From assembly GCA_023444055.1 (NCBI GenBank), contig JAEZRV010000048.1:1-24000 (forward strand): a stretch of DNA of 24,000 bases, in the 5' to 3' direction. The position numbers and the translations under genes were made by a program. The stretch comes from Bacillota bacterium. GTDB taxonomy: Bacteria > Bacillota > Clostridia > Acetivibrionales > DSM-1351. Position 1 is the first letter of the stretch, and each line of letters opens with the position of its first letter. The notes beneath the pieces are model-generated. The model was not told the origin of the DNA and made no database searches. It worked only from the letters and a program-made list of their open reading frames with translations. Positions 13,062 through 24,000 of this stretch are shown in pieces.

Positions 13062-15257
13062 ATGGACACAAATATTAAAAAACGAGGAAAGAAATTATTT
13101 ATTACTAATAAATTTTTAATTCTTAGAAGATTGAAAATAATGACCAGATTAATTGCATCCTTTATTTTATTATTAGTTGCTGCATTATTGATTACTGGTA
13201 TATCCTCATACAACTCATCAACCGAAACAATAGATGATAAAGTAAAAAGATACTCATTGCAGGTCATGGATCAAACAAGCGTTATATTAGAAAATAAAAG
13301 TACTAGAATGAAAGCATATTTTAATGACATTGGTTTGGATCGAAATATTCAAAATGCAATTTTAAAGTACGATTTAGGTAGCGCTTATGATCAATATGAG
13401 CAAGAACAAATTATTCAACAATATCTAAATACAAAGTTTATAGATGATGAAGTAGAGTATTGTGCTCTATTATATGGTGACGATTTTTCTAAAATTAAAT
13501 TTTTCAATTGTGGACAAGAAGAACTTAATCCTGAAAAGATATCCAAAGCAGATGTTAAAGGTTTACAATGGTCATATATGGATTTCGTACTAAATGGTAA
13601 ACCAGTAAGATACTATGGTGCTTTACAGAACATAAAAGGTATTAATAGTGGAGGGGTTATCGCTAAAATGGTATTAATTCCAAAACAAAATTATCTTTCT
13701 AGTGGATTTAATAATCTGGATATTGGAAAGTATTCAGATACAGATGAAGCATTTCCGATATTTGTGGTAAATGGTGACGGAACAATATTAGCATCAAGAA
13801 ATGAAAAAAGCTATCCTGTTGATTCATCAAATGATAATTCAAAACTTATAAATAATGAAATCAAAAAGGTAATAGAAGATAAAGTTAAGGAAATTGAAAA
13901 GCTTAAAAATAAAAAAACACTTACGACATCAGAAAAAACAAAACTTGCGAATTTAGAAGAAAGACTAGATAAAAGCCGTAAATCTGGCAATCTAGATATT
14001 AAAGTAGGTGGTGTTGATAGCCTTGTTACATATTCTCAAATAGGGGATAAAGATTGGTATATTTTATCTGTTATTCCGTACAAATATTTAAATAGTGCTG
14101 CAAATGAATTACGGACCAAGATTATTTTTATTGGATTTATTTGCATAATATTTGCATTCTTGCTATGTATAATTATTGCTCAAAGTGTTTCGAAGCCTTT
14201 GAAAAAGCTTGCTTTAACTATGAAAAATGCAAAAAGCGGTGATTTGACAGAAAAGGTATTAGATGAAGGTAAAGATGAAATTGCAGAAGTTTGTAATAAC
14301 TATAATGATATGATTTCGAATATAAGTTCTCTTATTTTAAAAGTAAGAGAATCTTCGCAGTATGTATTTGCTTCTGCCAATACTATATCAACAGCTTCAG
14401 AATCAACATTTACTATTTCTGAACAAATTGCTCAATCAATTGAAGAAATGTCTATGGGTTCTACAAATCAAGCTTCAGAAATAAATGGCAGTGTTATGGA
14501 CATAAATAATCTGTCAGAAGGTATAACATTAGTTGAAGAAAACGTATCACATGTAATATCAATTGCCAACAATATAAGTGGATTAAATTCAACTGCATCT
14601 AATACTATTAATGAGCTAAATATAAAATCTGCTCAAGTAAGTGATACAACGAATAAAGTCTATTCAAACATAAATGATTTGAGCAGCAGTATGAAGGAAA
14701 TTCAAAAGATACTAAAGATGCAAAATACTATTTCGGAACAGACAAATCTTCTGGCGCTAAATGCATCAATTGAGGCTGCTCGTGCCGGTGATGCTGGAAA
14801 GGGATTTGCTGTAGTTGCAAGTGAAGTTAGTAAGTTGGCTGACAAATCAAAAGAGTTTAACAGTATTATAAATAATATTATTGCATCTATAGGAAATAAA
14901 ACCGATGATACTGTTGGAGAGGTGCTTAAGTCAAATGAGGTAGTTAAAGAGCAGATAAATGCAGTTAAGGATACAGAAAAATTGTTTGAAACAATGTTTG
15001 CATCAATGGAAAATGTGTTGGCTAATATTAAGATGACTGAAAAATCAGTGTCAGACATAATGAAGTCAAAAAATAATGTAACCGAATCAATGGGAAATAT
15101 ATCAGCAGTTGCACAAGAATCAGCTGCTGTAACACAACAGATTTCTGCTAGTACGCAAGAACAAATAACTTCGTCTAATGAATTATTTAACCAAGCGAAA
15201 GACTTGAAAGAGCTAGCTGAAGCTTTGAACGTGGAGATAACAAAATTTAGAATTTAG
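13062..15257 (+). CDS. Methyl-accepting chemotaxis protein (periplasmic sensor domain, HAMP, MA signalling domain)
   Basis: AAAGGAG SD. Two TM segments. Highly conserved signalling hairpin [38 protein letters not shown]. Confidence 0.9.
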   Translation: MDTNIKKRGKKLFITNKFLILRRLKIMTRLIASFILLLVAALLITGISSYNSSTETIDDKVKRYSLQVMDQTSVILENKSTRMKAYFNDIGLDRNIQNAILKYDLGSAYDQYEQEQIIQQYLNTKFIDDEVEYCALLYGDDFSKIKFFNCGQEELNPEKISKADVKGLQWSYMDFVLNGKPVRYYGALQNIKGINSGGVIAKMVLIPKQNYLSSGFNNLDIGKYSDTDEAFPIFVVNGDGTILASRNEKSYPVDSSNDNSKLINNEIKKVIEDKVKEIEKLKNKKTLTTSEKTKLANLEERLDKSRKSGNLDIKVGGVDSLVTYSQIGDKDWYILSVIPYKYLNSAANELRTKIIFIGFICIIFAFLLCIIIAQSVSKPLKKLALTMKNAKSGDLTEKVLDEGKDEIAEVCNNYNDMISNISSLILKVRESSQYVFASANTISTASESTFTISEQIAQSIEEMSMGSTNQASEINGSVMDINNLSEGITLVEENVSHVISIANNISGLNSTASNTINELNIKSAQVSDTTNKVYSNINDLSSSMKEIQKILKMQNTISEQTNLLALNASIEAARAGDAGKGFAVVASEVSKLADKSKEFNSIINNIIASIGNKTDDTVGEVLKSNEVVKEQINAVKDTEKLFETMFASMENVLANIKMTEKSVSDIMKSKNNVTESMGNISAVAQESAAVTQQISASTQEQITSSNELFNQAKDLKELAEALNVEITKFRI

Positions 15258-15316
15258 ACTTTTAAACGAAATAAAAGTAAATTACTCAAACTTCGCAGTT
15301 GAATACTCTACTTTGA

Positions 15317-15357
15317 AAAATCCTCTAAAATGATTATAAAAATCTTTAGAGGATTTT
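15317..15357 (+). terminator. Terminator hairpin after the MCP gene (A-tract/T-tract, potentially bidirectional)
   Basis: AAAATCCTCTAAA (15317-15329) pairs perfectly with TTTAGAGGATTTT (15345-15357): 13-bp stem, 15-nt loop. Confidence 0.7.
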
Positions 15358-15527
15358 GTATTCTCAACAATTGTATTGACTTTAGTTAAATGATACAATA
15401 AATAATGCTTCTTAAGTGTAATACACGTTTGAAAACAACAGTTGTTAGCCCAATAAAGGAGGATAAGTCCATACAGGTATATAAATTGAATTCTATTATT
15501 CTGTATAATCGGGTATGGATACATATT

Positions 15528-16679
15528 ATGAATAAAAAAATTGTTAAAACAATTTGCATGGTCGCAGTTTTTGTTTTTTTTACGTCAAATACATATGCCG
15601 CAAGTAATATAACATTAGAAATTGATGGTAAGCGGGTAGAAAACTCGGTAAAAGTGATAGATGGGAAAAAGTACATATTATTAGATAGCTTAGCTAAAAA
15701 CTTAGAAACAGTAGAAGTAAATAGCAATAGTCAATCTATCGGAATTTATTCTAATACCAATTCAATTACTAAAATAGTTTCAAAGGTTAGTCCATCTGTT
15801 GTTGGAATTATTGGAAAGCTGAAGGAAAGCAGTTCGGATTATAATGAGACTTCTGATAACATGATTTTTGGGACAGGTGTTATATACAGGAGTAATGGAT
15901 ACATAATAACAAATGCCCATGTTGTTAAAGATATGGATCGAATTGTGGTCGTATTATCAAATAGCAAAGCATACAAAGCCAGGCTTAAAGCGATAGATGA
16001 AAGCTTGGATTTAGCAGTTATTAAAATTGATAAGGGTGGTCTTCAGACGGCAACCTTTGGAAATATTTCAGATGTTGCAGTTGGACAGGATGTTATTGCT
16101 ATTGGTACACCATTATCCTTTAGTTTAAGAAATTCAGCCACAAAAGGTATTATTAGTGGGATGAATAGGTCTGCTGATGGAGAATACAGATTTATTCAAT
16201 CAGATGCAGCTATAAATGGAGGAAATAGTGGTGGCCCTTTGGTAAATATGAAAGGGGAAGTTATAGGGATTAATTCAGTAAAGCTAGTTGGTTTTGGAGT
16301 AGAAGGTCTTAATTTCTCTATTCCGATAGACACTGTAAAGTATGCTATCAAGCATTTTGAAAACTTTGGTAAAATACAAAGACCATATCTTGGTATTAGC
16401 TTTACAGATAGTATTACATCCCAATATGGTTTGCCTAGTACTAGCGAAGGAATTACTGTTAAAGATATTGAGGAGGGTTCACCCGCAGAGGAATATGATA
16501 TTGAGGTTGATGATAAAATAGTTTCAATCAATGGAACGAGTGTTAATTCAGTTATTGATTATAATGAAGAAATGCTGAAGTACCTGCCAGGCAATAAAGC
16601 AACTTTCAAAATAATTCGGGACAAGAAGCAGCTCTATATTAATGTCATATTTGGTGAAAAGGAGCCTGACTATGAATAA
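15528..16679 (+). CDS. HtrA/DegP-like trypsin-family serine protease with an N-terminal stalk (copper amine oxidase N-terminal-like) domain and a C-terminal PDZ
   Basis: Signal peptide MNKKIVKTICMVAVFVFFTSNTYA at the ATG at 15528; the upstream ORF extension is not protein-like. TNAHVV (His), DLAVIKI (Asp), GNSGGPLVN (Ser). PDZ-like ITVKDIEEGSPAEEYDIEVDDKIVSINGTSV. Confidence 0.88.
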   Translation: MNKKIVKTICMVAVFVFFTSNTYAASNITLEIDGKRVENSVKVIDGKKYILLDSLAKNLETVEVNSNSQSIGIYSNTNSITKIVSKVSPSVVGIIGKLKESSSDYNETSDNMIFGTGVIYRSNGYIITNAHVVKDMDRIVVVLSNSKAYKARLKAIDESLDLAVIKIDKGGLQTATFGNISDVAVGQDVIAIGTPLSFSLRNSATKGIISGMNRSADGEYRFIQSDAAINGGNSGGPLVNMKGEVIGINSVKLVGFGVEGLNFSIPIDTVKYAIKHFENFGKIQRPYLGISFTDSITSQYGLPSTSEGITVKDIEEGSPAEEYDIEVDDKIVSINGTSVNSVIDYNEEMLKYLPGNKATFKIIRDKKQLYINVIFGEKEPDYE

Positions 16680-18624
16680 GAAAAAAACGATTATAAGTAT
16701 TTTCGTTGTAGTAGCTATTTTTACAGCTTGCTTTACAAGTACATATGCAGCAGATAATGACAAAATGATTATAGAGCTAAAGATAGGGAGCAATTTAGGC
16801 AAAGTAAATGGTAAAACATCTCAAGTTGAAAAGCCTTATGTGGTTAACAAGATAGTTATGGTTCCTTTATCATGGGTAACGACAGCCATCGGTGCTGAGG
16901 TAAATAAAAAAGATAACTCAAAGATAGAAATAATTTATGGGGATTTGGAGGCTGAGCTTTCAATTGGCAGTAAAAATTATACTGTTAGTTCTGAAACCCA
17001 AAAGCTTACAGCTACTCCCGTAATTAAGAATAACATAACAATGGTTCCTCTTGAATTTATAACAAAAAATTTCCCTGTAAGTGTGACCTGTGATATAAAT
17101 AAGGGCAACATTAAAATTGTTTTAGAAGATGATGGAGCATTAAGCGACTTATCCTTTTTAACAGGAGGAATAAGCAGTAAAAAGCTTGGGAACAGCTTCT
17201 ATGGTTGGAGTTTAAGTATTCCATCCGGTTCAAGAGTAGTATCTAACAATTATAAATCTAATACTGTCAATATAGTAAATGATAGCAGAAATTTGTATAT
17301 CTATGTCAGTGTAAGTAATAAGGATGATATGACTTTGACAAAGTTATACGATTTAATTTCTGAAGATGATAGCAGTGTTAGTGAATCTAAACTGGATTTA
17401 AAAGCTGATATCCCTTATTTTGAATATGCAACAGAATCCGATTACGATGAGACTTGTCGTGTTAAAGTGTTTGAAAAGGGTGATTATTTTTATCATTTAA
17501 CAATAATGTGTGATGATGAACTCGTAACTCCGGAAAAACTAATGGCGGACAAATTCTACGAAAATATAGTAAGCTCCTTTGATTTAAACTATAAAGGCAA
17601 TGAAAAAAGTGTAGAGGATATATCAAAGGTTAAGGATGGAAAAGTCAGATTCTATAATTATGTAAGCTTAAACGAAACATCAAAATACTTAACATGGTCA
17701 ATGGATATACCGGTAAAATGGGAAGATACATTATTATACGGTGATCCTTTGACAACAACAATAAACTTTGACAAAAAGTACTATATGAAAATAACCACTA
17801 ATACTCTTGACGAAGGTGTAGATTTAAAACAATATGTTGATGAAATAAAGAACCGCTATGATAAGAATTTTAATCCGAAATTGTATTCGTTTATAGGCTT
17901 TGATTCCACTACTGTTGCAGGGATGGAGGCTGTTACTCTAAAATTCAATATAAAATTTGGAGAAAAGGTTTACTATGTTGAGGAACTATACTTTGTTAAG
18001 AATGGTTTTGTTTACGAGGTTTCATTCTATCTACCTGAAAAAGGGTATGAAGATTTAATAAAAGAAGCTATTAATATTATTGATAAAATGAATTTCAATG
18101 CTTTTAATAAACAAAATTTTTTGAGAGATCTTGAATTGTATAAAAGTAAAAACTTAGGAGTACGTGTGTCTAAACAGGATGACATTTGTAATTTTGTAAA
18201 TAAAAAATACAATTGGACTGCAGACATTCCAGGCTATTGGATAAAAGATAGTTATGATGACTCTGTGTTTACTTTTAAAAACGATCAGACTGCTACTTCT
18301 ATTGGAATAAGTGCCATCGAAAAGGATAGTGATTATGAAGCAAATTCTACTGAAAAATCGGAATTTGGAATGGATATGATAGAGTTATTGTATAAAGTAA
18401 AGCCTACAATAAGCGAAACAAATGAAAAGGGCTTGAAAATTAAAAATTATACATATAGAATGGAAAATGCAGATAGCGATTTGTATGGAACTATAGTATT
18501 TAAGGTCTTTGAAAAAAATAATACTATATACTGTTTTGAAAGTGAAATATATGATTTAGAAGCAACAGAAAAAGCAATAAATGAAATAGATAGCATTTGG
18601 AAATCCTTTAAGATAACTGAATAA
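16672..18624 (+). CDS. Secreted protein with copper amine oxidase N-terminal-like (stalk) domain; remainder unknown
   Basis: AAAAGGAG SD. The ATG at 16672 overlaps the htrA-like stop by 8 nt. Signal peptide MNKKKTIISIFVVVAIFTACFTSTYA. Stalk-domain pattern KIGSNLGKVNGKTSQVEKPYVVNKIVMVPLSWVTTAIGAEV. Confidence 0.75.
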   Translation: MNKKKTIISIFVVVAIFTACFTSTYAADNDKMIIELKIGSNLGKVNGKTSQVEKPYVVNKIVMVPLSWVTTAIGAEVNKKDNSKIEIIYGDLEAELSIGSKNYTVSSETQKLTATPVIKNNITMVPLEFITKNFPVSVTCDINKGNIKIVLEDDGALSDLSFLTGGISSKKLGNSFYGWSLSIPSGSRVVSNNYKSNTVNIVNDSRNLYIYVSVSNKDDMTLTKLYDLISEDDSSVSESKLDLKADIPYFEYATESDYDETCRVKVFEKGDYFYHLTIMCDDELVTPEKLMADKFYENIVSSFDLNYKGNEKSVEDISKVKDGKVRFYNYVSLNETSKYLTWSMDIPVKWEDTLLYGDPLTTTINFDKKYYMKITTNTLDEGVDLKQYVDEIKNRYDKNFNPKLYSFIGFDSTTVAGMEAVTLKFNIKFGEKVYYVEELYFVKNGFVYEVSFYLPEKGYEDLIKEAINIIDKMNFNAFNKQNFLRDLELYKSKNLGVRVSKQDDICNFVNKKYNWTADIPGYWIKDSYDDSVFTFKNDQTATSIGISAIEKDSDYEANSTEKSEFGMDMIELLYKVKPTISETNEKGLKIKNYTYRMENADSDLYGTIVFKVFEKNNTIYCFESEIYDLEATEKAINEIDSIWKSFKITE

Positions 18625-18747
18625 CTCAACTTTCAAATATATAGCGTTACTCTACAAATTGGCAGAATGCAAGGAACATCTTCCCTGATGCCCTAAGCCT
18701 TTAAACTATTAAATTTAAAATAAATATTAAAAACATATAGGTAAAAA

Positions 18748-20037
18748 ATGAGAGAAAAAATACAACCATTGGCATATAGAATGTCACCAAGGACAATTGA
18801 AGACTTCGTTGGGCAAAACCATATCATTGATAAAGATAAAATGCTTTATAGAATGATAAAAGCAGATAGGATTACTTCGATTATTTTATATGGACCTCCG
18901 GGTACAGGCAAAACCTCTCTTGCCAGAATAATTGCAAATACTACCGAGTCCAGCTTTGAAAAGCTGAATGCTGTTACTTCTGGTGTTGCAGATATAAAGA
19001 GGATTGCGGCAGATACAAAAAATCCAATGCTAAACCCTAAAGGCAGAACAGTGCTTTTTATAGATGAGATTCATCGTTTTAATAAGTCTCAACAGGATGC
19101 GCTTCTCCCATTTGTAGAGGACGGGTCAATTGTTTTAATTGGTGCCACCACAGAGAATCCTTTTTTTGAGGTTAACAAGGCGTTAATATCAAGGTCTACG
19201 GTATTTATGCTGAAGCCTCTTGAAAAAAAGGATATTAAGAAACTTATAATGAATGCTATTAAAGACAAGGAAAGAGGTTTGGGAACATACAATATAAATA
19301 TTTCTGAGGATGCACTTGATTATTTATGTGAGGTTTGCTCGGGAGATGCTAGAACGGCGCTTAACTCTATTGAGTTGGCTGTGCTTACATCTGAGCTTGA
19401 TGAGAATGGGATTATAGACATTAACCTTCATACAATTGAGGAATGTGTTCAAAAGAAAGCAATTCGATTTGATAAAAACGGGGAAGAGCACTATGATAAT
19501 ATAAGTGCATTTATAAAATCAATGCGTGGAAGCAATCCTGATGCTACAGTATTTTACTTGGCAAGAGCCTTGTATGCAGGAGAAGATGTGGAGTTTTTAG
19601 CAAGGAGAATTATAATATGTGCATCAGAGGATGTTGGAATGGCTAATCCAACTGCTTTGCAGGTGGCGGTTGCGGCGGCACAGGCAGTAAAAATGATTGG
19701 AATGCCAGAAAGCAGAATAATTCTGTCTCATGCGGCAGTTACTGTGGCATGTAGTCCTAAATCAAATTCAGCATACGTTGCTATAAACAGAGCTTTATCA
19801 GATGTTGAAACAAAAAACACAGGAAGTGTGCCAATGCACCTAAGAAATGCTCCCGCAAAGGGTATGGAGCAGCTTGGATATGGGAAGGGCTATAAGTATG
19901 CTCATGACTATGAAAACAATATTGTGAAGCAAGAGTTTTTCCCTGACGAGATGATAGGTACTCTATATTACAATCCTACTGGAAATGGTTACGAGGCAAA
20001 AATAAAGACATGGTTAGAAAATTGGAGAGAAACTTGA
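18748..20037 (+). CDS. rarA: Replication-associated recombination protein A (AAA+ ATPase, MgsA/RarA)
   Basis: Walker A YGPPGTGKTSLARIIA, Walker B LFIDEIHRFNK, C-terminal MgsA domain YDNISAFIKSMRGSNPDA..YLARAL. Confidence 0.92.
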   Translation: MREKIQPLAYRMSPRTIEDFVGQNHIIDKDKMLYRMIKADRITSIILYGPPGTGKTSLARIIANTTESSFEKLNAVTSGVADIKRIAADTKNPMLNPKGRTVLFIDEIHRFNKSQQDALLPFVEDGSIVLIGATTENPFFEVNKALISRSTVFMLKPLEKKDIKKLIMNAIKDKERGLGTYNINISEDALDYLCEVCSGDARTALNSIELAVLTSELDENGIIDINLHTIEECVQKKAIRFDKNGEEHYDNISAFIKSMRGSNPDATVFYLARALYAGEDVEFLARRIIICASEDVGMANPTALQVAVAAAQAVKMIGMPESRIILSHAAVTVACSPKSNSAYVAINRALSDVETKNTGSVPMHLRNAPAKGMEQLGYGKGYKYAHDYENNIVKQEFFPDEMIGTLYYNPTGNGYEAKIKTWLENWRET

Positions 20038-20123
20038 TAAACGAATCTTAAAGGACAGAAAAAATGTTGGACTTTTTGACATAAGTAAACCTATTTGCAA
20101 ACAAAAGAAATGGAGAGATTTTT

Positions 20124-20315
20124 ATGAGGAAAAGAATTTTAGCATGGATTATGTTAGTTGGTTTTGTACTTTTAATTGTAAACATGGTGACTGTTCAGAT
20201 GTTTATGGGACCAAGCATTATGGTTTACGCAATAATAGTTGTCTGGTTCATATTAGGTAACAAGTCAACGCCTAATGGCAATGAGAAACCTATAAATAAT
20301 AAAAAAGTTGATTAG
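20124..20315 (+). CDS. Small membrane protein (63 aa, two predicted TM helices)
   Basis: GGAGAG SD; hydrophobic segments ILAWIMLVGFVLLIV and IMVYAIIVVWFIL. Confidence 0.5.
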   Translation: MRKRILAWIMLVGFVLLIVNMVTVQMFMGPSIMVYAIIVVWFILGNKSTPNGNEKPINNKKVD

Positions 20316-20425
20316 AAGTACAACTGTTAGTTATTAGTGTATGTAGAGTGACTAGTATAGAATAATTATTGCATCTTCTTGAAATAATATCCCATTATGG
20401 TTATTTTAAAGAAGAGGTGGCAAAT

Positions 20426-20707
20426 ATGATAGTTGCAGTTCAATCAATGTTTTCCAGTATTGCAGAGAAGCTTAAACAAAGAGGCTATACAGTTGTTGAT
20501 TTGTATAATTATTCTAAACCTATAGATGCAGTGGTTTATGAGGGGGATAGTTTTAATTTCTCAGCAATAACTGAAGAAAATACAAGTGCTTTTATTAATA
20601 TGAATGGCAAATCAACTTATGGTGTATTTATTGTATGTTCAAATGGCAAGAGCATTGAAGAAATTGATTATATGCTAAAGACAAGGTGCTACAGTTCCTT
20701 TATTTGA
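20426..20707 (+). CDS. YkuS-family (UPF0180) small protein
   Basis: GAAGAGGTGG SD before the ATG at 20426. MIVAVQSMFSSIAEKLKQRGYTVVDL resembles the YkuS N-terminus. The track start at 20369 lacks an SD. Confidence 0.6.
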   Translation: MIVAVQSMFSSIAEKLKQRGYTVVDLYNYSKPIDAVVYEGDSFNFSAITEENTSAFINMNGKSTYGVFIVCSNGKSIEEIDYMLKTRCYSSFI

Positions 20708-20868
20708 ATAAATGCGTTTACTCAATTTATACTAATTTGTATTTTATAATATGTCTTTTTTATATTTTAAATACAAATTAGTATTATTTAATGCTTGCAT
20801 TATTAATTAAAATATGCTAACATTTGATTAAATCATAGTAAACTGATTGGAATTAAGGTGATTAAAAT

Positions 20869-21306
20869 TTGAGGGTGTCAACAAAAGGTAAATACGGACT
20901 TAAAGCAGTTGTTGATTTAGCGATAAATTATGCTGATGGGCAAATATCTATAAAGAGTATTGCTCAAAGACAAGGTATTTCTGAAAATTATCTTGAGCAG
21001 CTTTTTGCATCGTTGAAAAAGTCTGGAATAGTTAAGAGTGTTAGGGGTGCTCAGGGAGGTTATATGCTTTCTAAACCTGCAGAAAGAATAACAGTAGGTG
21101 ATGTGTTAAGATCGCTAGAAGGAGCACTTTGCCCTGCGGAATGTATTGATTTGGATTTCCCTACAGAATGTGAAAAAGTAGATACATGCGCAACGGCACC
21201 AGTTTGGGTTAAATTAAGAGACAAGATTAATGAGGTGGTTGATTCAATAACAATCGACGATCTTGTAAAGGATTACGAATTAAAAAATAAAAACGTTTCT
21301 ACTTAG
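20869..21306 (+). CDS. iscR: Rrf2-family transcriptional regulator (IscR/CymR-like)
   Basis: TTG start with AAGGTG SD. MRVSTKGKYGLKAVVDLA and the wHTH ISENYLEQLFASLKKSGIVKSVRGAQGGY. Three clustered Cys (CPAEC...C). Located upstream of nifS-nifU. Confidence 0.85.
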   Translation: MRVSTKGKYGLKAVVDLAINYADGQISIKSIAQRQGISENYLEQLFASLKKSGIVKSVRGAQGGYMLSKPAERITVGDVLRSLEGALCPAECIDLDFPTECEKVDTCATAPVWVKLRDKINEVVDSITIDDLVKDYELKNKNVST

Positions 21307-21425
21307 TCTGTTAATTGTTATTCAAAAGGGGTATAGTATTACAGGGTATAATAAATAAAATATAAAAAATTATGTAGCAACGCAAATTATCTACGTTGTT
21401 TGTACTAATAAAAGGAGTGTTTTTT

Positions 21426-22610
21426 ATGGCAGACAGAATTATTTATTTGGATCATGCTGCAACCACATATGTTAAACCTGAAGTTTTTGACGCTATGAAG
21501 CCATATTTTTGTGAACATTTTGGTAATGCGTCTTCAATATATAGCATAGGTCGTGACAGTAAAAAGGCAGTTGAGGAAGCTCGTGAAAAGGTAGCAAAAG
21601 CAATAGGTGCTCAGCCAAAAGAGATATATTTTACAGGTTCAGGAAGTGAAGCTGACAACTGGGCATTAAAGGGTATTGCAGCTGCTAATAAACAAAAGGG
21701 TAATCATATTATTACTTCAGTAATTGAGCATCCAGCGATTTTAAATACATGTAAATATCTTGAAGGAGAAGGGTTTGAGGTTACATACCTTCCAGTTGAT
21801 GAAGATGGTCTTGTATCCTTGGATGATGTGAGAAATTCTATTAAGGACAATACTATTTTAATAAGTATAATGTTTGCAAACAATGAGATTGGAACTATAC
21901 AGCAAATTCAGGAAATTGGTGCAATTGCTCGTGAAAAGGGTGTATTATTTCATACTGATGCTGTACAGGCTGTAGGAAATATATTTATTGATGTTGAAAA
22001 GCTGAATGTTGACTTATTATCACTATCCGGTCATAAATTCTATGGACCTAAAGGTATAGGTGCTCTATATGTAAGAAAAGGTGTTAAGATTTCTTCGATG
22101 ATACATGGTGGACAGCAGGAAAGAGGAAAGAGGGCAAGTACTGAGAATATTCCTAGTATAGTTGGTTTAGGTAAGGCAATTGAGCTTGCAACAGAGAATT
22201 TAGAAGAGTACAATAAAAAAATTATTGCTTTAAGAGAGAAACTAATTGAAGGTCTTATGGCAAAAGTTCCATACATTAGACTTAATGGCCATAGATCTCA
22301 AAGACTACCAGGCAATGTGAATATTTCTTTCCAATATATTGAGGGAGAGTCATTATTGCTTATGCTGGATATGAAGGGCGTATGTGGTTCAAGTGGCTCA
22401 GCATGTTCTTCAGGTTCATTAGATCCTTCTCATGTACTATTAGCTATTGGACTTCCTCATGAGATAGCACATGGCTCATTAAGATTGAGCTTTGGTGATG
22501 AGAATACAGATGAAGATGTGGAATATTTGCTAGAGGTAATTCCTAATATTGTATCAAAACTTAGAGATATGTCACCTCTTTATGAGGCAGTTAAAAATAA
22601 ACAGAAGTAG
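21426..22610 (+). CDS. nifS: Cysteine desulfurase (NifS/IscS class I)
   Basis: [28 protein letters not shown] (PLP Lys), active-site loop [11 protein letters not shown]. Confidence 0.93.
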   Translation: MADRIIYLDHAATTYVKPEVFDAMKPYFCEHFGNASSIYSIGRDSKKAVEEAREKVAKAIGAQPKEIYFTGSGSEADNWALKGIAAANKQKGNHIITSVIEHPAILNTCKYLEGEGFEVTYLPVDEDGLVSLDDVRNSIKDNTILISIMFANNEIGTIQQIQEIGAIAREKGVLFHTDAVQAVGNIFIDVEKLNVDLLSLSGHKFYGPKGIGALYVRKGVKISSMIHGGQQERGKRASTENIPSIVGLGKAIELATENLEEYNKKIIALREKLIEGLMAKVPYIRLNGHRSQRLPGNVNISFQYIEGESLLLMLDMKGVCGSSGSACSSGSLDPSHVLLAIGLPHEIAHGSLRLSFGDENTDEDVEYLLEVIPNIVSKLRDMSPLYEAVKNKQK

Positions 22611-22715
22611 TTGCATTACTATAGTTTTGCTCTATGATAGAAAATCTCTGAGAAGAGGTTTTCTACGGACTATTTACAAAATTTTGTGCCCAAAAGGGGC
22701 GTAGGAGGTATATAT

Positions 22716-23168
22716 ATGTATAGTGAAAAGGTTATGGATCATTTTACAAACCCGAGAAATGTTGGAGAAATTGAAGATGCAAATGGAGTAGGACAAGTTG
22801 GAAATGCTAAATGCGGCGATATTATGAAAATGTATTTAAAAATAGAAGACAATATCATTGTTGATGCTAAATTTAAAACTTTTGGCTGTGGTGCCGCTGT
22901 TGCTACAAGTAGTATGGCAACTGAACTTGTAATAGGAAAAACAGTTGAAGAAGCAATGAAAATAACTAACAAGGCTGTTGCAGAAGCACTTGATGGTTTG
23001 CCACCTCAAAAGATGCATTGCTCAAATCTTGCTGAGGAAGCAATTGCAGCAGCACTACAAGATTATAGAAGAAAAAATGGTGAGTTGCCAAGTGAAAATA
23101 GTGACTGCACAGGTTGTTGCAGTAGCTGTGGGCATAGTCATGGACGTGAAGAAGATTTTGATGAATAA
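22716..23168 (+). CDS. nifU: Fe-S cluster assembly scaffold (IscU/NifU N-terminal type) with Cys/His-rich tail
   Basis: GTAGGAGG SD. HFTNPRNVG, GNAKCGD, FKTFGCGAA, MHCSNLA (three conserved Cys). Tail CTGCCSSCGHSHG. Confidence 0.92.
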   Translation: MYSEKVMDHFTNPRNVGEIEDANGVGQVGNAKCGDIMKMYLKIEDNIIVDAKFKTFGCGAAVATSSMATELVIGKTVEEAMKITNKAVAEALDGLPPQKMHCSNLAEEAIAAALQDYRRKNGELPSENSDCTGCCSSCGHSHGREEDFDE

Positions 23169-23217
23169 TAGTGAGATTATGGAATTAAAATTGTATTAAT
23201 GTGTTGGGAGAAGTTTA

Positions 23218-24000
23218 ATGAGCTCAAAAAAAGTAATGCTAGGTATGAGCGGCGGCGTAGATAGTTCTGTGGCTGCCGCCATTTTATTGCAGCAAGGTTA
23301 TGAAGTAATAGGTGTAACCCTTCAGATATGGCAGGATATGGATGAGGAAAGGCAAAAGTCTGAGGGTGGTTGCTGCTCTCTATCTGCGGTAGACGATGCA
23401 AGAAGGGTTGCAAATAAGCTGGGTATACCATACTATGTACTTAATTTTAAAGATATTTTCAATAAAAGTGTTATTGATTATTTTAAGGAGGAGTATTTCA
23501 AGGGTCGTACTCCAAATCCTTGTATTGCTTGTAATAGGCATGTTAAATGGCAGGCAATGTTGGACAAGGCTGTTTCAATGGGAATAGATTATATTGCCAC
23601 AGGGCACTATGCTAAAGTAATGCATGATGCTGATTCTAATAGATATGTACTTAAAAAATCAGTTACTGACAGAAAAGACCAGACTTATGCTCTTTACAAC
23701 TTAACTCAGGAGCAGCTAAGCAGAACACTAATGCCTGTAGGCGATTATCCAAAAGAAAAAATAAGGGAAATGGCAAAGGAAATTGGGTTGTCTGTTGCTT
23801 CAAAACCAGATAGTCAAGAGATTTGTTTTATTCATGATAATGACTATGGAAAATTTCTCAGCGAAAATTGTGATAGGGAGATAGTACCTGGCAAATTTGT
23901 TGATACTAAAGGAAATGTTTTAGGTGATCACAAAGGGATTGTTCATTACACAGTTGGACAGAGGAAGGGGCTTGGAATCGCATTTGGCAAGCCTATGTTT
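23218..24000 (+). CDS. mnmA: tRNA 2-thiouridine(34) synthase MnmA (3' end outside window)
   Basis: Not in the ORF track because it runs off the window. Translation [38 protein letters not shown] (PP-loop SGGVDSS), NPCIACN, and DQTYAL further on. Confidence 0.92.
   Translation, partial: MSSKKVMLGMSGGVDSSVAAAILLQQGYEVIGVTLQIWQDMDEERQKSEGGCCSLSAVDDARRVANKLGIPYYVLNFKDIFNKSVIDYFKEEYFKGRTPNPCIACNRHVKWQAMLDKAVSMGIDYIATGHYAKVMHDADSNRYVLKKSVTDRKDQTYALYNLTQEQLSRTLMPVGDYPKEKIREMAKEIGLSVASKPDSQEICFIHDNDYGKFLSENCDREIVPGKFVDTKGNVLGDHKGIVHYTVGQRKGLGIAFGKPMF

Noticed and set aside
15405-22715. Upstream-extended starts given by the ORF track (15405, 16642, 20369, 21396, 22686)
   Set aside because: In each case an internal ATG with a good SD yields a canonical N-terminus: signal peptides MNKK..., the YkuS-like MIVAV..., [14 protein letters not shown] and MYSEKVMDHFTNPRNVG. 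The extensions lack an SD and protein-like sequence.

Overview
AT-rich, Firmicutes/Clostridia-like sequence (inferred from composition and gene content) in two parts. (1) Nt 1-9600 is an accessory polymorphic-toxin island. It starts with the 3' end of a large Rhs/YD-repeat toxin gene carrying a colicin-DNase-like HNH tip, followed by a SUKH/SMI1 immunity gene. Next is a start-less orphan rhs C-terminal module that shares a 363-nt homology block with the main gene but carries an unrelated HExxH toxin tip and an ATGA-overlapping immunity ORF. Then comes about 1 kb without convincing ORFs, containing GC-rich hairpins and a 22-bp-periodic palindromic repeat array. After that are a 259-aa serine recombinase lacking the usual large-serine-recombinase C-terminal domains and a SymE/AbrB-like small ORF. 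An IS110-family element follows, with a 182-nt non-coding left end that is a candidate bridge RNA. Last are two copies of a 61-bp hairpin / Shine-Dalgarno / ATG leader module. Each opens a short uORF that stops at the start codon of a longer ORF: a 131-aa unknown protein and a YwqJ-like deaminase toxin. A YwqK/MORN-type immunity gene follows the deaminase. The hexamer CCCGCC/GGCGGG is strikingly concentrated in nt 4756-7802. (2) Nt 9600-24000 looks like ordinary core genome: nfi, a secreted SGNH/GDSL hydrolase, thpR, a methyl-accepting chemotaxis protein, an HtrA-like protease, a stalk-domain secreted protein, rarA, a ykuS-like gene, and an Rrf2 regulator-nifS/iscS-nifU/iscU-mnmA cluster. All family assignments come from motifs read by eye; no database search was possible.
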